A stretch of DNA of 64,000 bases, taken from positions 290,673-354,672 of the forward strand of contig CAWCNS010000016.1 of NCBI GenBank assembly GCA_963796965.1. Reading direction: 5' to 3'. Positions 45,330-55,148 of this stretch are shown in pieces (positions within the stretch are counted from its first letter, which is position 1; every line of letters starts with the position of its first letter). Origin of the DNA: Calditrichia bacterium. GTDB taxonomy: Bacteria > Calditrichota > Calditrichia > JAJRVZ01. The translations under genes were made by a program, and so were the position numbers. Below the pieces are notes generated by a model. That model did not search any database. It had not been told where the DNA came from and saw only the letters and a program-made list of their open reading frames with translations.

Positions 45330-45605
45330 ACAATTAAAAAGCATTTACCTCGAAGTTCACGAAGGAATAATATAAGAAACGCCAAATGTCAAAATCGAAA
45401 TGCCAAATCAATTATTAATGTCCAATGATAATTATTTGCTTTTATAGTTAAGCATTTGATTTTGGACATTCATTTGACATTCGGGCTTGGGCATTAGACA
45501 TTTCGCCTTTTATCCTGTATTTGTTGAATCTTCGTGACCTTCGTGTTAGGTATTTAAATAAATGATTCGTGAAATTAGTCAAAATTTGTGTAATTCTTGG
45601 TCAGA
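45330..45605. repeat. Nested inverted-repeat element upstream of ftsY, ending with a copy of the ATTCGTGAAAT ... ATTC(G/T)TGG motif
   Basis: Outer IR CGAAGTTCACGAAGG (about 45338) versus CTTCGTGACCTTCGTG (about 45521); inner IR CGCCAAATGTCAAAAT versus GACATTTCGCC; motif GATTCGTGAAATTAGTCAAAATTTGTGTAATTCTTGG at about 45558-45600. Confidence 0.6.
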
Positions 45606-45656
45606 GTTTTATAATTGATTAGTCTTTTTGTATTTGAAAAAGGAGAGGAATAGTAC

Positions 45657-46577
45657 TTGGTAAAGTTTTTTAATCGAATTCAATCTAGTCTAAAAAAAAC
45701 ACGTGAAGGTGTTTTTGGAAAATTAAACAGAATTTTCACAGCCAAACGAAATATTGATGATGATCTACTCGATGAAATTGAGGAAATTCTAATCGCTGGT
45801 GATGTTGGTGTTGATACGTCTCTGGATATTATAGATAAAATAAAAGAACGTGTGCGTGCGGAAAAGTATGAAACCAGCGATGAACTGGAGTATCTGATCC
45901 GAGATGAAATCTCCGGTATTCTTCTTCCACCTGAGGTACCTGAGGAAAAGAATCAACAAGGATTACAGGTTGTACTTGTGGTCGGGGTGAATGGTACTGG
46001 TAAAACCACTTCGATTGCTAAATTAGCAAAGTTTTATATGAACCAGAACAAAAAGGTACTTTTAGCCGCTGCTGACACCTTTCGTGCTGCGGCAATTAAT
46101 CAGTTGAGTATTTGGGCAGAAAGGGTAGGTTGCGATATTATCAAACATCAGGATGGTGCTGATCCATCGGCTGTTGTGTTTGACGCGGTTAATGCCGCCC
46201 AGGCCAGAGATGTAGACTTCCTCATAATTGATACGGCCGGCCGACTACACACTAAATCAAATCTTATGGCAGAATTAAGTAAAATATCACGTGTTGTTCA
46301 AAAGAAAATTCCTGAAGCACCTCACCAGATAATCCTTGTCCTTGATGCCAGTACAGGGCAAAATGCCATCAATCAAGCGAAGGAGTTTAAGCAATCTGCC
46401 CAGGTTAATTCAATATTTTTAACCAAATTAGATGGTACGGCAAAGGGTGGGGTTGTCCTGGCTATAAATAAAGAATTACAGATACCCGTGAAATATATTG
46501 GCACCGGAGAACAGTTAGATGATATGGATGTGTTTGATGCAAATTCATTTGTGGAAGGATTATTTCTAAGAGAATGA
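45657..46577 (+). CDS. ftsY: Signal recognition particle receptor FtsY
   Basis: NG-domain motifs VGVNGTGKTT, DTAGR, TKLDGTAKGG; TTG start after AAGGAGAGG RBS. Confidence 0.9.
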   Translation: MVKFFNRIQSSLKKTREGVFGKLNRIFTAKRNIDDDLLDEIEEILIAGDVGVDTSLDIIDKIKERVRAEKYETSDELEYLIRDEISGILLPPEVPEEKNQQGLQVVLVVGVNGTGKTTSIAKLAKFYMNQNKKVLLAAADTFRAAAINQLSIWAERVGCDIIKHQDGADPSAVVFDAVNAAQARDVDFLIIDTAGRLHTKSNLMAELSKISRVVQKKIPEAPHQIILVLDASTGQNAINQAKEFKQSAQVNSIFLTKLDGTAKGGVVLAINKELQIPVKYIGTGEQLDDMDVFDANSFVEGLFLRE

Positions 46578-47875
46578 AGAAAGTTCATATGACATCGCTG
46601 GGATGTTCTAAAAATCTTGTCGATACGGAAGTGCTCCGCGGTCAGCTTAAATATAGAAACTTTACCTTTACAAAAAGACCTGAAGATGCAGATCTTATTA
46701 TTTTGAATACTTGCGGATTTATCAATGATGCTAAATCAGAGTCAATTCAGGCAATATTTGAAGCTGTAAAATTGAAGGAGAGCGACCAGAAAAAGCAAAT
46801 CTATGTAACAGGGTGTTTATCTGAAAGGTATAAGTCATCATTAACTGAAGAAATTCCTGAAGTTGATGCGATTTTCGGAACCGAGGATTATGCCAGCATT
46901 CTGGCCAACCTTGGTGAAGAAAAGTTTCATGCTGAAGAAATGTATCAGTTACGTGATTTAACAACCCCACAACATATGGCTTATATCAAGATTAGCGAAG
47001 GCTGCAATCATACCTGTTCATTTTGTGCCATACCGGGAATCCGTGGAAAACATCGGAGTCGCTCGATAGAGGATATTTTGTCTGAAGCGAGAATTCTGGC
47101 GGAGAAAGGAGTAAAAGAACTTATTCTTGTCTCGCAGGATACTTCCTACTACGGTAAGGATATTTATCAAAAATTCGAAATCGTAGAATTGCTTCGAAGA
47201 CTTGCCCGCGAAGATATGTTTACATGGATCCGCCCTTTATATTGGTACCCCACAAATTTTCCCATGGATTTTATACATTTGATGAACGAACATCCATCTA
47301 TCATACCTTATCTTGATATGCCTGTCCAACATGCTAGCGATAATGTGCTTCAATTAATGCGTCGTGCTGAAAGAAATGATAAATTACATGCTTTGTATTC
47401 TAAAATCAGGGAAATCAGATCTGACATCATTCTGAGGACAACGGTTATCGTTGGTCATCCAGGCGAAACGGAGGAAGATTTTGAGATATTAAAGCAATTT
47501 ATTTTAAAAAATCGTTTCGATAGGATTGGTTCTTTCATATATTCAGACGAAGAAGGTACTACGTCATATACATTAGATGAGAAGGTTAGTCCAGAAACAG
47601 CCCGAAATCGGCAATCTGAACTGATGATGCTGCAAAGTGAAATATCACTTGAAAATAATCAAAAACTTGAGAATTCTGTTCAAATTGTTTTAATTGACAG
47701 TTATAATAAGGATGAAAAGTATTATCTTGGCCGAACTTATCGCGATGCACCAGAGATTGATAATGAGGTTATAATCAGAGATGAAAAAGAAAACGAAAAA
47801 CTTATTGGTACTTTCCAAAACGTGCTAATTACCGACAGTTCGGAGTATGAACTTTATGGCACGTTTAACGTTTGA
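46574..47875 (+). CDS. rimO: Radical-SAM methylthiotransferase, RimO-like (MiaB family)
   Basis: N-terminal MTTase domain (SLGCSKNLVDTE), radical SAM CNHTCSFCAIP, C-terminal TRAM-like region; 433 aa. Confidence 0.8.
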   Translation: MKKVHMTSLGCSKNLVDTEVLRGQLKYRNFTFTKRPEDADLIILNTCGFINDAKSESIQAIFEAVKLKESDQKKQIYVTGCLSERYKSSLTEEIPEVDAIFGTEDYASILANLGEEKFHAEEMYQLRDLTTPQHMAYIKISEGCNHTCSFCAIPGIRGKHRSRSIEDILSEARILAEKGVKELILVSQDTSYYGKDIYQKFEIVELLRRLAREDMFTWIRPLYWYPTNFPMDFIHLMNEHPSIIPYLDMPVQHASDNVLQLMRRAERNDKLHALYSKIREIRSDIILRTTVIVGHPGETEEDFEILKQFILKNRFDRIGSFIYSDEEGTTSYTLDEKVSPETARNRQSELMMLQSEISLENNQKLENSVQIVLIDSYNKDEKYYLGRTYRDAPEIDNEVIIRDEKENEKLIGTFQNVLITDSSEYELYGTFNV

Positions 47876-47897
47876 TAATATGAATAGAACAGGAACT

Positions 47898-49190
47898 ATG
47901 AAAATGAAAAAAGTACTATACGATGGTCTCCTTTTCCTACTTGTATTGGCTAATTCATCTTTTGGCCAATTTTATGAGGAGAGTCGGTTAAGTGGTGCCG
48001 GCAATCCTTATTTCTCTATCGAACTGTTCCGAACGGTCTCCGATGATATGAAATCAGGCCAGATTTATATCTACAGCAATATTGTGAATGATGATTTAAC
48101 CTTTATTAAACATGATAGTCTTGATGTTTACTACTCTAAATTCGAGTGGGAAGTTGCCATTATGGATGAAGATGAGGAGCAAACATTGGGCTCGGATAAT
48201 GTAGTAAAAGAGGTTATGGAATCCGACTATAAAGAGACAAATAACAGAGAGAAGAAGATATTTCTATCTACCAATTTTGATATCCCGGCCGGAGAATATA
48301 TTGTTTTCGTGGAAATGCGTGATCTTATTACCAAGAAAACCGTCTCTCGAAAAGTAGAAATTGAAATGTTTGATTTTGAGAACAATCAAATGGATATGAG
48401 CGATATTCTTTTTGTTGATGAAGCAAGTTCTGATTCACTTGGTAATCCAACTCGATTTACACCACGTGTAGAAGATAATTTTTCACGTGAATCCCCCTAT
48501 ATTTATATCTATAATGAGGTTTATACTAAAGAAGTACCAGCAACCGTCTCAATCCGGTATCAACTGTTAAATAATGATGAAGATGTTGAGTTAGATACGC
48601 TTGTTTTTAGAGAGTTGGATAAACCGCTTACCTCTCATGTAATAAAGTTAGATAAACAATCCCTTTCAAGGAGTTATTATCGATGTGTTGTGCAGGCAAA
48701 AAGAGGGGGAGATCATGTAGAGCGGTTCCGGGGTTTGACATTCTATTGGATAAGTGTTCCTGAAACTCATGAAGATCTTGCCGAGGCCTTAAGACAAATG
48801 CGATATATACTTGATGGTGATTCTCTGGATTTTTATGAAGAAGCACCTCTCGAAGAACAAAAGGCATTTTTTGCTCGTTTTTGGGCGGCACGCGATCCGA
48901 ATCCGGATTCAGAAACGAATGAACTTTTGGTAGAATATTTCACACGCGTTAATTTTGCTAACCGGGAGTTCTCAAATTATTCAAATGATGGGTGGCTCTC
49001 CGACAGAGGCAGGATTCTGGTCAAGTTTGGATTCCCGGATGATGTTGAAAGGCATCCTTTTGAGATGGATTCGGTACCTTATGTGATATGGCGATATTAT
49101 GGATTGAGAAAGGTCTTTTTGTTTGTGGATAGAAGCGGGTTTGGCGATTACCGTTTGCCCCCTGAATATCAGAGTGAGGAATATCGGTAA
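47898..49190 (+). CDS. GWxTD-domain secreted protein
   Basis: Signal peptide from the ATG at 47898; C-terminal GWLSDRGRILVKFGFPDD matching the GWxTD-domain signature. Confidence 0.65.
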   Translation: MKMKKVLYDGLLFLLVLANSSFGQFYEESRLSGAGNPYFSIELFRTVSDDMKSGQIYIYSNIVNDDLTFIKHDSLDVYYSKFEWEVAIMDEDEEQTLGSDNVVKEVMESDYKETNNREKKIFLSTNFDIPAGEYIVFVEMRDLITKKTVSRKVEIEMFDFENNQMDMSDILFVDEASSDSLGNPTRFTPRVEDNFSRESPYIYIYNEVYTKEVPATVSIRYQLLNNDEDVELDTLVFRELDKPLTSHVIKLDKQSLSRSYYRCVVQAKRGGDHVERFRGLTFYWISVPETHEDLAEALRQMRYILDGDSLDFYEEAPLEEQKAFFARFWAARDPNPDSETNELLVEYFTRVNFANREFSNYSNDGWLSDRGRILVKFGFPDDVERHPFEMDSVPYVIWRYYGLRKVFLFVDRSGFGDYRLPPEYQSEEYR

Positions 49191-49261
49191 AGATCAATTT
49201 TCAATAGTCAATAAACAATAATCAATATTCAAATTCAGTCGATGAAGTGATTGTTTTTTAA

Positions 49262-49400
49262 TTTGTGAATTATTCTGTCCACGAATTTGATAATGTAATT
49301 GTCATTGCGGTCTGCCCCTACACTCTCTACTCTCCACCCTCTACGCACCGCACTCTTCTCTCTTCCCACACCTCTCCACCCTACATCAAAAACTTGAATA
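49262..49400. repeat. Composite intergenic repeat, copy C (inverted orientation), lacking the 28-bp hairpin module
   Basis: Reverse complement reads GTGGAGAGTAGAGAGTGTAGGGGCAGACCGC|AATGACAATTACATTATCAAATTCGTGG; identical to copy B except that GTCGAAGACCCCGTTAACCGGGGCCCTG is absent. Confidence 0.7.
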
Positions 49401-49506
49401 TTGACTATTGTTTATTGCATACGATTATTATCCGGCCTTGCCTATTTTATGACATCTTCGTATATTTTACTGCTCCACCTATTAGGAAACGGTGGTATTG
49501 GTATCT

Positions 49507-49580
<74 letters not shown>

Positions 49581-49746
49581 CAAGAGGCGGCACCATCCTC
49601 TGGGTTCTCCCCCTACCCAAATTTGGTGCTGCGGCAGAGAATGACGATAACGCTCGGTTTTGAGGTTGTCCCCCGGCCTTCAAGCCAGCCAGTCATTCTC
49701 TGTTTTTTTTCTGGAACAAATGAGAATTTGAATCGTTTTTAAACTA

Positions 49747-50099
49747 TGGGGACGATCTGGCTTCGACGGGCAGGATGCGGTTACGGATGGCATTCCGGGA
49801 TTATCGGATAGCCCGTGATTATCCGGTAGCACGACAAGTGCCGATTATGATTACGCAATGGCAGCCTAACTAGGTCTGTCACATCCTGAGGGACACTAAT
49901 CTACCGGGGTTTTTCAGGATGCCATTTTGGGTAGATCGATTCTTGAGGGTGTCAGGACCTTAAGAATTGTATTCTTCTGACTCGCAAAATTGTTGGTTGG
50001 TTATCATACCTGCAATGATGTTAAATCTAAATGATGACTAAGAATGTAGAGGTCTGTAATGGTGCCTGTTCGGACCCGGGTTCAATTCCCGGCGTCTCC
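49747..50099 (+). ncRNA. ssrA: tmRNA (SsrA), one-piece
   Basis: 5' end GGGGACGATCTGGCTTCGACGGG and 3' tRNA-like end GGACCCGGGTTCAATTCCCGGCGTCTCCA match tmRNA termini; candidate tag reading frame ends ...ADYDYAMAA with TAA at 49867-49869. Confidence 0.85.
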
Positions 50100-50260
50100 A
50101 CTAGTTCGGTAGAGAGTAGAGCGTAGAGCGTTAAGAGAAGAAGAGAGAAGAGGGAAGACAGAAGAGAATATGAGTTAAATATTCTCTCCTCGCTCTTCTC
50201 TCTTCCTTTTTTGTATTATACCTCACCCTCTACTCTTTACGCTCAACTCTCAACGGTAAA
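50100..50260. repeat. Purine-rich / pyrimidine-rich imperfect palindrome with GTAGAGCGT-type repeat words immediately 3' of tmRNA
   Basis: GGTAGAGAGTAGAGCGTAGAGCG then AGAAGAGGGAAGACAGAAGAGAATAT ... ATATTCTCTCCTCGCTCTTCTCTCTTCC (inverted arms), then CT-rich reverse copies of the same words. Confidence 0.6.
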
Positions 50261-50264
50261 AAAG

Positions 50265-50396
50265 ATGTCCACAACCCTTATGATCGCTATTCTCGCAATA
50301 GTAGTAGTTTACCTTCTCATCGCTTCAAAAAATCAACGAAAAAAATCAAACGAAGTTAAACGTCAGGGTGAAAGACCGTGCCTGGCGAAGGGATGA
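50265..50396 (+). CDS. Hypothetical 43-aa single-TM peptide (possible small membrane protein / type-I-toxin-like)
   Basis: MSTTLMIAILAIVVVYLLIASKNQRKKSNEVKRQGERPCLAKG: hydrophobic helix followed by a basic tail; no strong RBS; lies between tmRNA and repeat copy B. Confidence 0.3.
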   Translation: MSTTLMIAILAIVVVYLLIASKNQRKKSNEVKRQGERPCLAKG

Positions 50397-50399
50397 CCG

Positions 50400-50530
50400 T
50401 GAAGCGTAGAGCGTGGAGAGTAGAGAGTGTAGGGGCAGACCGCGTCGAAGACCCCGTTAACCGGGGCCCTGAATGACAAGTAAATATATTCGTGAAATTC
50501 TGTAAAAATTAGTGTAATTCGTGGTTAAAA
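50400..50530. repeat. Composite intergenic repeat, copy B (most compact complete copy)
   Basis: GTAGAGCGTGGAGAGTAGAGAGTGTAGGGGCAGACCGC + hairpin module GTCGAAGACCCCGTTAACCGGGGCCCTG + AATGACAAG + motif ATTCGTGAAATTCTGTAAAAATTAGTGTAATTCGTGGTTAAAA. Confidence 0.7.
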
Positions 50531-50560
50531 TCTTCCAAGAATTCACACCTACCCAGTATT

Positions 50561-50590
50561 GACATTGAATTGAAAAGTATCTAAATTTAA
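50561..50590 (+). promoter_or_regulatory. Candidate sigma-70-type promoter for tRNA-Gly
   Basis: TTGACA at 50561-50566, about 17-bp spacer, TAAATT -10-like hexamer, about 24 nt upstream of the tRNA 5' end. Confidence 0.35.
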
Positions 50591-50612
50591 CGTCCAAATA
50601 TAATAGTAATCT

Positions 50613-50686
50613 ATATGAAGAAGCGAGAGTAGACTCAGCTGGTAGAGCATCACGTTGCCAACGTGATTGTCGCGGGTTCAAATCCC
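50613..50686 (+). tRNA. tRNA-Gly (anticodon GCC)
   Basis: Acceptor GCGAGAG/CTCTCGC, D-loop with GG, anticodon loop TTGCCAA, T-loop TTCAAAT, discriminator T; followed by a T-run. Confidence 0.85.
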
Positions 50687-50900
50687 GTCTCTCGCTCTTT
50701 TTTTATTTGTGCAGACCACAAGTAAAAATTTTGGATTTCAGATTGCGGAATTTGGATTTAATTCCAAAATCCGAATCCGAAATCCAAAATTGAATGGCGA
50801 CGTACTCCCGCAAGACTAGAGCGGCCAGTAGACTTAAGGTAATCGAGTTGTTTGACAATAAACCGAGAAATGGATCGGGAGCGAATATTTATATTATTAC

Positions 50901-50973
50901 GGCGACGTACCCAAGTGGCTAAGGGAGAGGTCTGCAAAACCTTTATGCGGCGGTTCGAATCCGCCCGTCGCCT
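50901..50973 (+). tRNA. tRNA-Cys (anticodon GCA)
   Basis: Acceptor GGCGACG/CGTCGCC, anticodon stem GAGGT/ACCTT with loop CTGCAAA, T-arm GGCGG-TTCGAAT-CCGCC, discriminator T. Confidence 0.85.
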
Positions 50974-51073
50974 CCTCATAATAAGAAAAAAGACAAAAGA
51001 AATAAGAAAAAAGAATGTGACATGGATATTAAATTCATTTTTCATTAATCATTTTTCTATTGTCTTGATTCCC

Positions 51074-51159
51074 GCCGGGGTGGTGGAATTGGTAGACACA
51101 AGGGACTTAAAATCCCTCGGGAGTTAAATCCCGTACCGGTTCAAGTCCGGTCCCCGGTG
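51074..51159 (+). tRNA. tRNA-Leu (anticodon TAA), type II with long variable arm
   Basis: Acceptor GCCGGGG/CCCCGGT, anticodon stem AGGGA/TCCCT with loop CTTAAAA, long variable arm CGGGAGTTAAATCCCGT, T-arm ACCGG-TTCAAGT-CCGGT. Confidence 0.85.
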
Positions 51160-51166
51160 ATACCAC

Positions 51167-51195
51167 AAAATCCCGCTTATAGCGGGATTTTTTAA
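51167..51195 (+). terminator. Rho-independent terminator after tRNA-Leu
   Basis: ATCCCGC-TTAT-AGCGGGAT hairpin followed by TTTTTT. Confidence 0.6.
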
Positions 51196-51414
51196 ATTCG
51201 AAACTCTAATCTCTAAATCCTAAATAATTTTCAAATCCCAAGCACCAAACCCCAAATAAATCTCAATCTTCAATAACTAATTTCCAAACAATTTGAACAA
51301 TGGAAATTGGTATCTAATCGGATATTGGTATTTGGGTATTATTTGAAATTTGGTACATGTTATTTGGAATTTATCCTCCACGGGATTAATTAACTATTTC
51401 CATCAAAAAAGTCG

Positions 51415-52279
51415 GTGATTATAAATGTAGATAATAGTTCACCCGATGGTACGAAGGATATGTTGATGAACACACCAACGAAAGTTCCAAAGATATATAT
51501 TTCTACAGCACCAGGTGTTAAAGGAAAAGGAAATAATTTTAAAAACCTATTTGAAGCGGCTGTTGAACTTAATGCAAAAGCCGTTGTTGTTGTCGATGCA
51601 GATTTAAAAAGTATTACCACCGGATGGATAAAATATCTGGCCGAACCTTTATTGGGCCGTTTTGACTATGTGGCTCCCATCTATGCCAGACATAAATATG
51701 ATGGTTCCATCACAAATCATATCGCTTATCCGATGCTAAGAGCATTTTATGGTTTAAGAGTAAGACAACCTATTGGTGGTGATTTCGGATTTTCAGGAAA
51801 TTAGCGCGTGTTTTTCTAACAGAGAAACTCTGGAATGATAAAATAGCTCACTTTGGAATTGATATATGGATGACGACCATTGCCATCGCCAGAAGATTTA
51901 ATGTTTGTCAGGCCTTTTCAGGTACACCTAAAATTCACAATCCGAAAGATCCTGCGAAAGATTTAGGACCAATGTTTACGAAGGTTGTTATCACTACTTT
52001 TGATTTGATGATCGAATTTGAATACCTATGGAAAGATACTTCAGGTATCCAGCCAAGCAATATATATGGTTTTGGTCTTGGCGTTACTGGAAGCCCGCGG
52101 TTTTAACAGTTAATAAAGATGCTCTTTTTGACAGCTTATTTCAAGTTTGGAGCCGTTATGGAAATTTGTGGAAAAAAATCATATCACAACCAGAATTGAT
52201 TGAATTGGGTAAGATTGAGAAAATTGTCAAAACAAAAATTCTATTATCACAGCGATCTTTTGGGCAGAATTCTGTTTGA
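51415..52279 (+). pseudogene. Glycosyltransferase remnant (GT2/GT81, glucosyl-3-phosphoglycerate-synthase-like), N-terminally truncated and split into three frames
   Basis: Pieces 51415-51804, 51870-52106 and 52028-52279 together read VDNSSPDGT ... VVVVDADL ... QPIGGDFGFSGN | ... IAHFGIDIWMTT ... ; a stop codon lies in frame just upstream of 51415 and the expected N-terminal beta1 region is absent. Confidence 0.6.
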
Positions 52280-52504
52280 TTTTGCGATCGCATATCGGAA
52301 CAATGAAATACCTAAGGAAAAAATTATTGAAACTCTGATACCATTCTAACATTCCAAATTCTCTCTTTTGTAAATAAAACCGGTGAATTAGATACAAAAG
52401 AATGTGAAGATTATTTAGAGAGTATGACCGGGTATTTGAATCTAAAAATGCTCCTTTAATAGAGAGATGGGATCAGGATCAAATTAAATTGGGTCATAAA
52501 CTTT

Positions 52505-53401
52505 TTAAAAGAAAGATTTAGCATTGCTTTTAATTTCTGCATATTTATCAGGTTCATTGTCGTTCTCAATTGTCTCTTTATTCTTTTCCTTATCTTTTTT
52601 ATCGATTACAACAATACAGTCTGTTGGGCATTTATCTGTAGGTACCATTGTCTCCGTTCCATATAATTGATAGTTAATTTGAGCCAAATTATCTACTATG
52701 TTGATTTGGCCTTCATCAACAGCACGAACACAGATTCCACAAGCAATACAGGCTTTGGTGCATACTTTCCTGGCAATCTTTGGATTATCTTTATTTTTAC
52801 ATAATATGAAAAGTTTATGATTCTCAGGATGCAGTTCAATGACGCTACGTGGGCAGGCTTCAACACATTTACCACAACCAGTGCATTTGTCCTCTATTAC
52901 AACCGGTAGCCCGTTATTATTCATGTACATCGCATCAAAGGGGCAGGCATCAACACAATCACCATAACCGATACAACCGAATTCGCAGAGTTTTTCTCCC
53001 CCACCGACAATTGAAGCAGCAAGACATGAATGAATTCCTATGTATTCTGCTTTTTTCGCTGTTTCAACCATACCACCTTGACACATGACTCTGGCGATCA
53101 TTCGCTCTCTTTTTTCACTTCTACTCCCATAATTTCAGCGATTTCTTGAAGTGCCTCAGCAGAACAGACAGAGCAAATATCTATTTCAGCGTTCCCATTC
53201 ACCACATTTTCTGCAAAACTCGTGCATCCTGGGAATGCCACATGCACCACAATTTGCTCCTGGAAGTAGTTCACTAATCCGGCTGATACGAGGATCTTCC
53301 TCCACATGAAATATTTTATTTGCAATTGCAAGACCAATAGAGAAGATAAGGCCAAGTCCTCCCATGGCAAGTAGGGCTATAGAAATTGTGCTAATATCCA
53401 T
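52505..53401 (-). pseudogene. RnfB-like Fe-S ferredoxin (membrane anchor, CxxC Fe-S domain, 2x[4Fe-4S]), split into three frames
   Basis: N-terminal TM and PGANCGACG (53186-53401), then FPGCTSFAENVVNGNAEIDICSVCSAEALQEIAEIMGVE (53098-53370), then VMCQGG plus two CxxCxxCxxxCP ferredoxin motifs (52505-53101). No other rnf genes are adjacent. Confidence 0.7.
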
Positions 53402-53736
53402 GATGCTATTTCCACTTTATATGTTATCCTTAGCATTATTAGATTTTTAGTTGAAGAGTAAATTATTTTATCATAATTTATACCCAGAATTTTATGCCAA
53501 CTATAAGTTATTCAAAAATTCATATAATTTTAAGAATATATAATAACATCTATATAGCAATACTATTTCATCGCGCTTCAATAATGCAACTGTTGCATAT
53601 AATTTGTTGCAATATTGCAAGTTCGGGACTATAGACTTATCCATTTCATACTTTTTTTACCGTGCTTATATACGGTGAAATAAGCAAGTTAATCATCTTC
53701 ATGTAATTTTGGCTTACTAATTGCATTTCTTCCATT

Positions 53737-54063
53737 ATGAAAACTATTGCGATTCCAATATTTAAATCAAGGGTTTCTGTCAGATTAGATTGTGCTGAAG
53801 ATATACATCTGGTGACTATTGAAAAAGATAAGATAAAAACCAGAGATGCTGTGCGTCTGGTTTCGACGAATCCGCTGGAAAAAGTGAAAGTTCTCATTCA
53901 ATTAAATCCAGATGTATTGATTTGTGGTGGGCTGACAGAATATTGTAGTATCAGGCTTAAGGAGATAAATATTCAGATAATCCCTTGGGTTCAAGGAGAT
54001 ATAGAAGAGATTTTATCTCTGTATTTAAAAGGAGAGTTGAAAAAAAAACATTTAAACACATGA
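53737..54063 (+). CDS. NifX/NifB-like (dinitrogenase FeMo-cofactor-binding fold) small protein, putative
   Basis: 108-aa protein with IAIP ... VLICGGL pattern resembling the NifX/NafY/DUF family; weak assignment. Confidence 0.45.
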   Translation: MKTIAIPIFKSRVSVRLDCAEDIHLVTIEKDKIKTRDAVRLVSTNPLEKVKVLIQLNPDVLICGGLTEYCSIRLKEINIQIIPWVQGDIEEILSLYLKGELKKKHLNT

Positions 54064-54073
54064 GATATATTCT

Positions 54074-55037
54074 ATGATAAATATTTTTAACCATTCCCTG
54101 ATGATAACAGGATTTGTATTTGTGATGATGCTGGTAATCGAGTATGTCAACGTACTCAGCAACGGAGAATGGCAACAAAGGCTGGCTCAGCATAAATGGG
54201 GACAATACATTCTAGCTGCACTTACTAGGCGCCGTTCCAGGTTGTTTAGGTGCATTTATAGTGGTGGCGATGTATTCACATAGGATATTAACAGTCGGTG
54301 CTGTTGTTGCGGCGATGATTGCCACTTGTGGAGACGAGTCATTTGTTATGCTGGCCATGATTCCAAAAGAAGCTATATATATTCATGCACTACTTTTTGT
54401 TTTGGGAATTATTGCCGGGGCATTGACGGATATGATTTTTCGAGAGAAAGTTTCGCTACATCCATCAGGCTGTGATGACTTAAAGGTACATATTGATGAA
54501 AATTGTAATTGTTTTCCCAGTGGCCAAATAATACAGCAATGGAAGGAATATTCCGCTTTCAGGATTATCTTAACGGTAGGATTATTGGTATTCATTCTTG
54601 CAATTATTACCGGACAGATGGGTCCAAGCACCTGGAACTGGATAAGGATTACGATTCTGTTTGTCTCCGCAATTTCACTTTTCATTGTCGTTACTGTCCC
54701 TGAGCATTTTCTTGAAGAACATCTATGGGAACATGTGGCAAAGAAACATATTCCCCGTGTTTTTCTATGGACATTCGGTGCACTTATTTTAATGCATGTA
54801 TTGGTTGATTATCTACATTTGGAAGGTATGATTCGTGAAGGCAAATGGATCGTCCTTTTTGTAGCCTGTCTTGTCGGCTTAATCCCCGAATCCGGACCTC
54901 ACTTGATTTTTGTAACTCTCTACGCGCAAGGAACCATTCCCTTCAGCATTTTACTGGCCAGTTCCATTGTGCAGGATGGACATGGAATGTTACCCATGTT
55001 AGCCCAGTCGAGAAGATCATTCATATTCATTAAGTAA
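54074..55037 (+). CDS. Polytopic membrane permease (putative heavy-metal/ArsP-like exporter family), frame broken near 54229
   Basis: Removing one base near 54229 joins the two ORFs as ...AALTGAVPGCLGAFIVVAMYSHRILT...; multiple TM helices and an ATCGDESF motif. Confidence 0.55.
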
Positions 55038-55148
55038 TTAATCTAGTTGTAGGTTTAGTCGTTGGTATTATGTTCATGAAGTTGGGAGGCTAATGAAGGT
55101 GATAGACTACTTTCATGATGATGAGTAACATGAAAGGAGGTAATTAAA

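Noticed and set aside
50852-51127. Track ORF of 91 aa (and the antisense ORF 50758-51045)
   Set aside because: Directly overlaps tRNA-Cys and tRNA-Leu; arginine-rich translation typical of reading through structured RNA genes.
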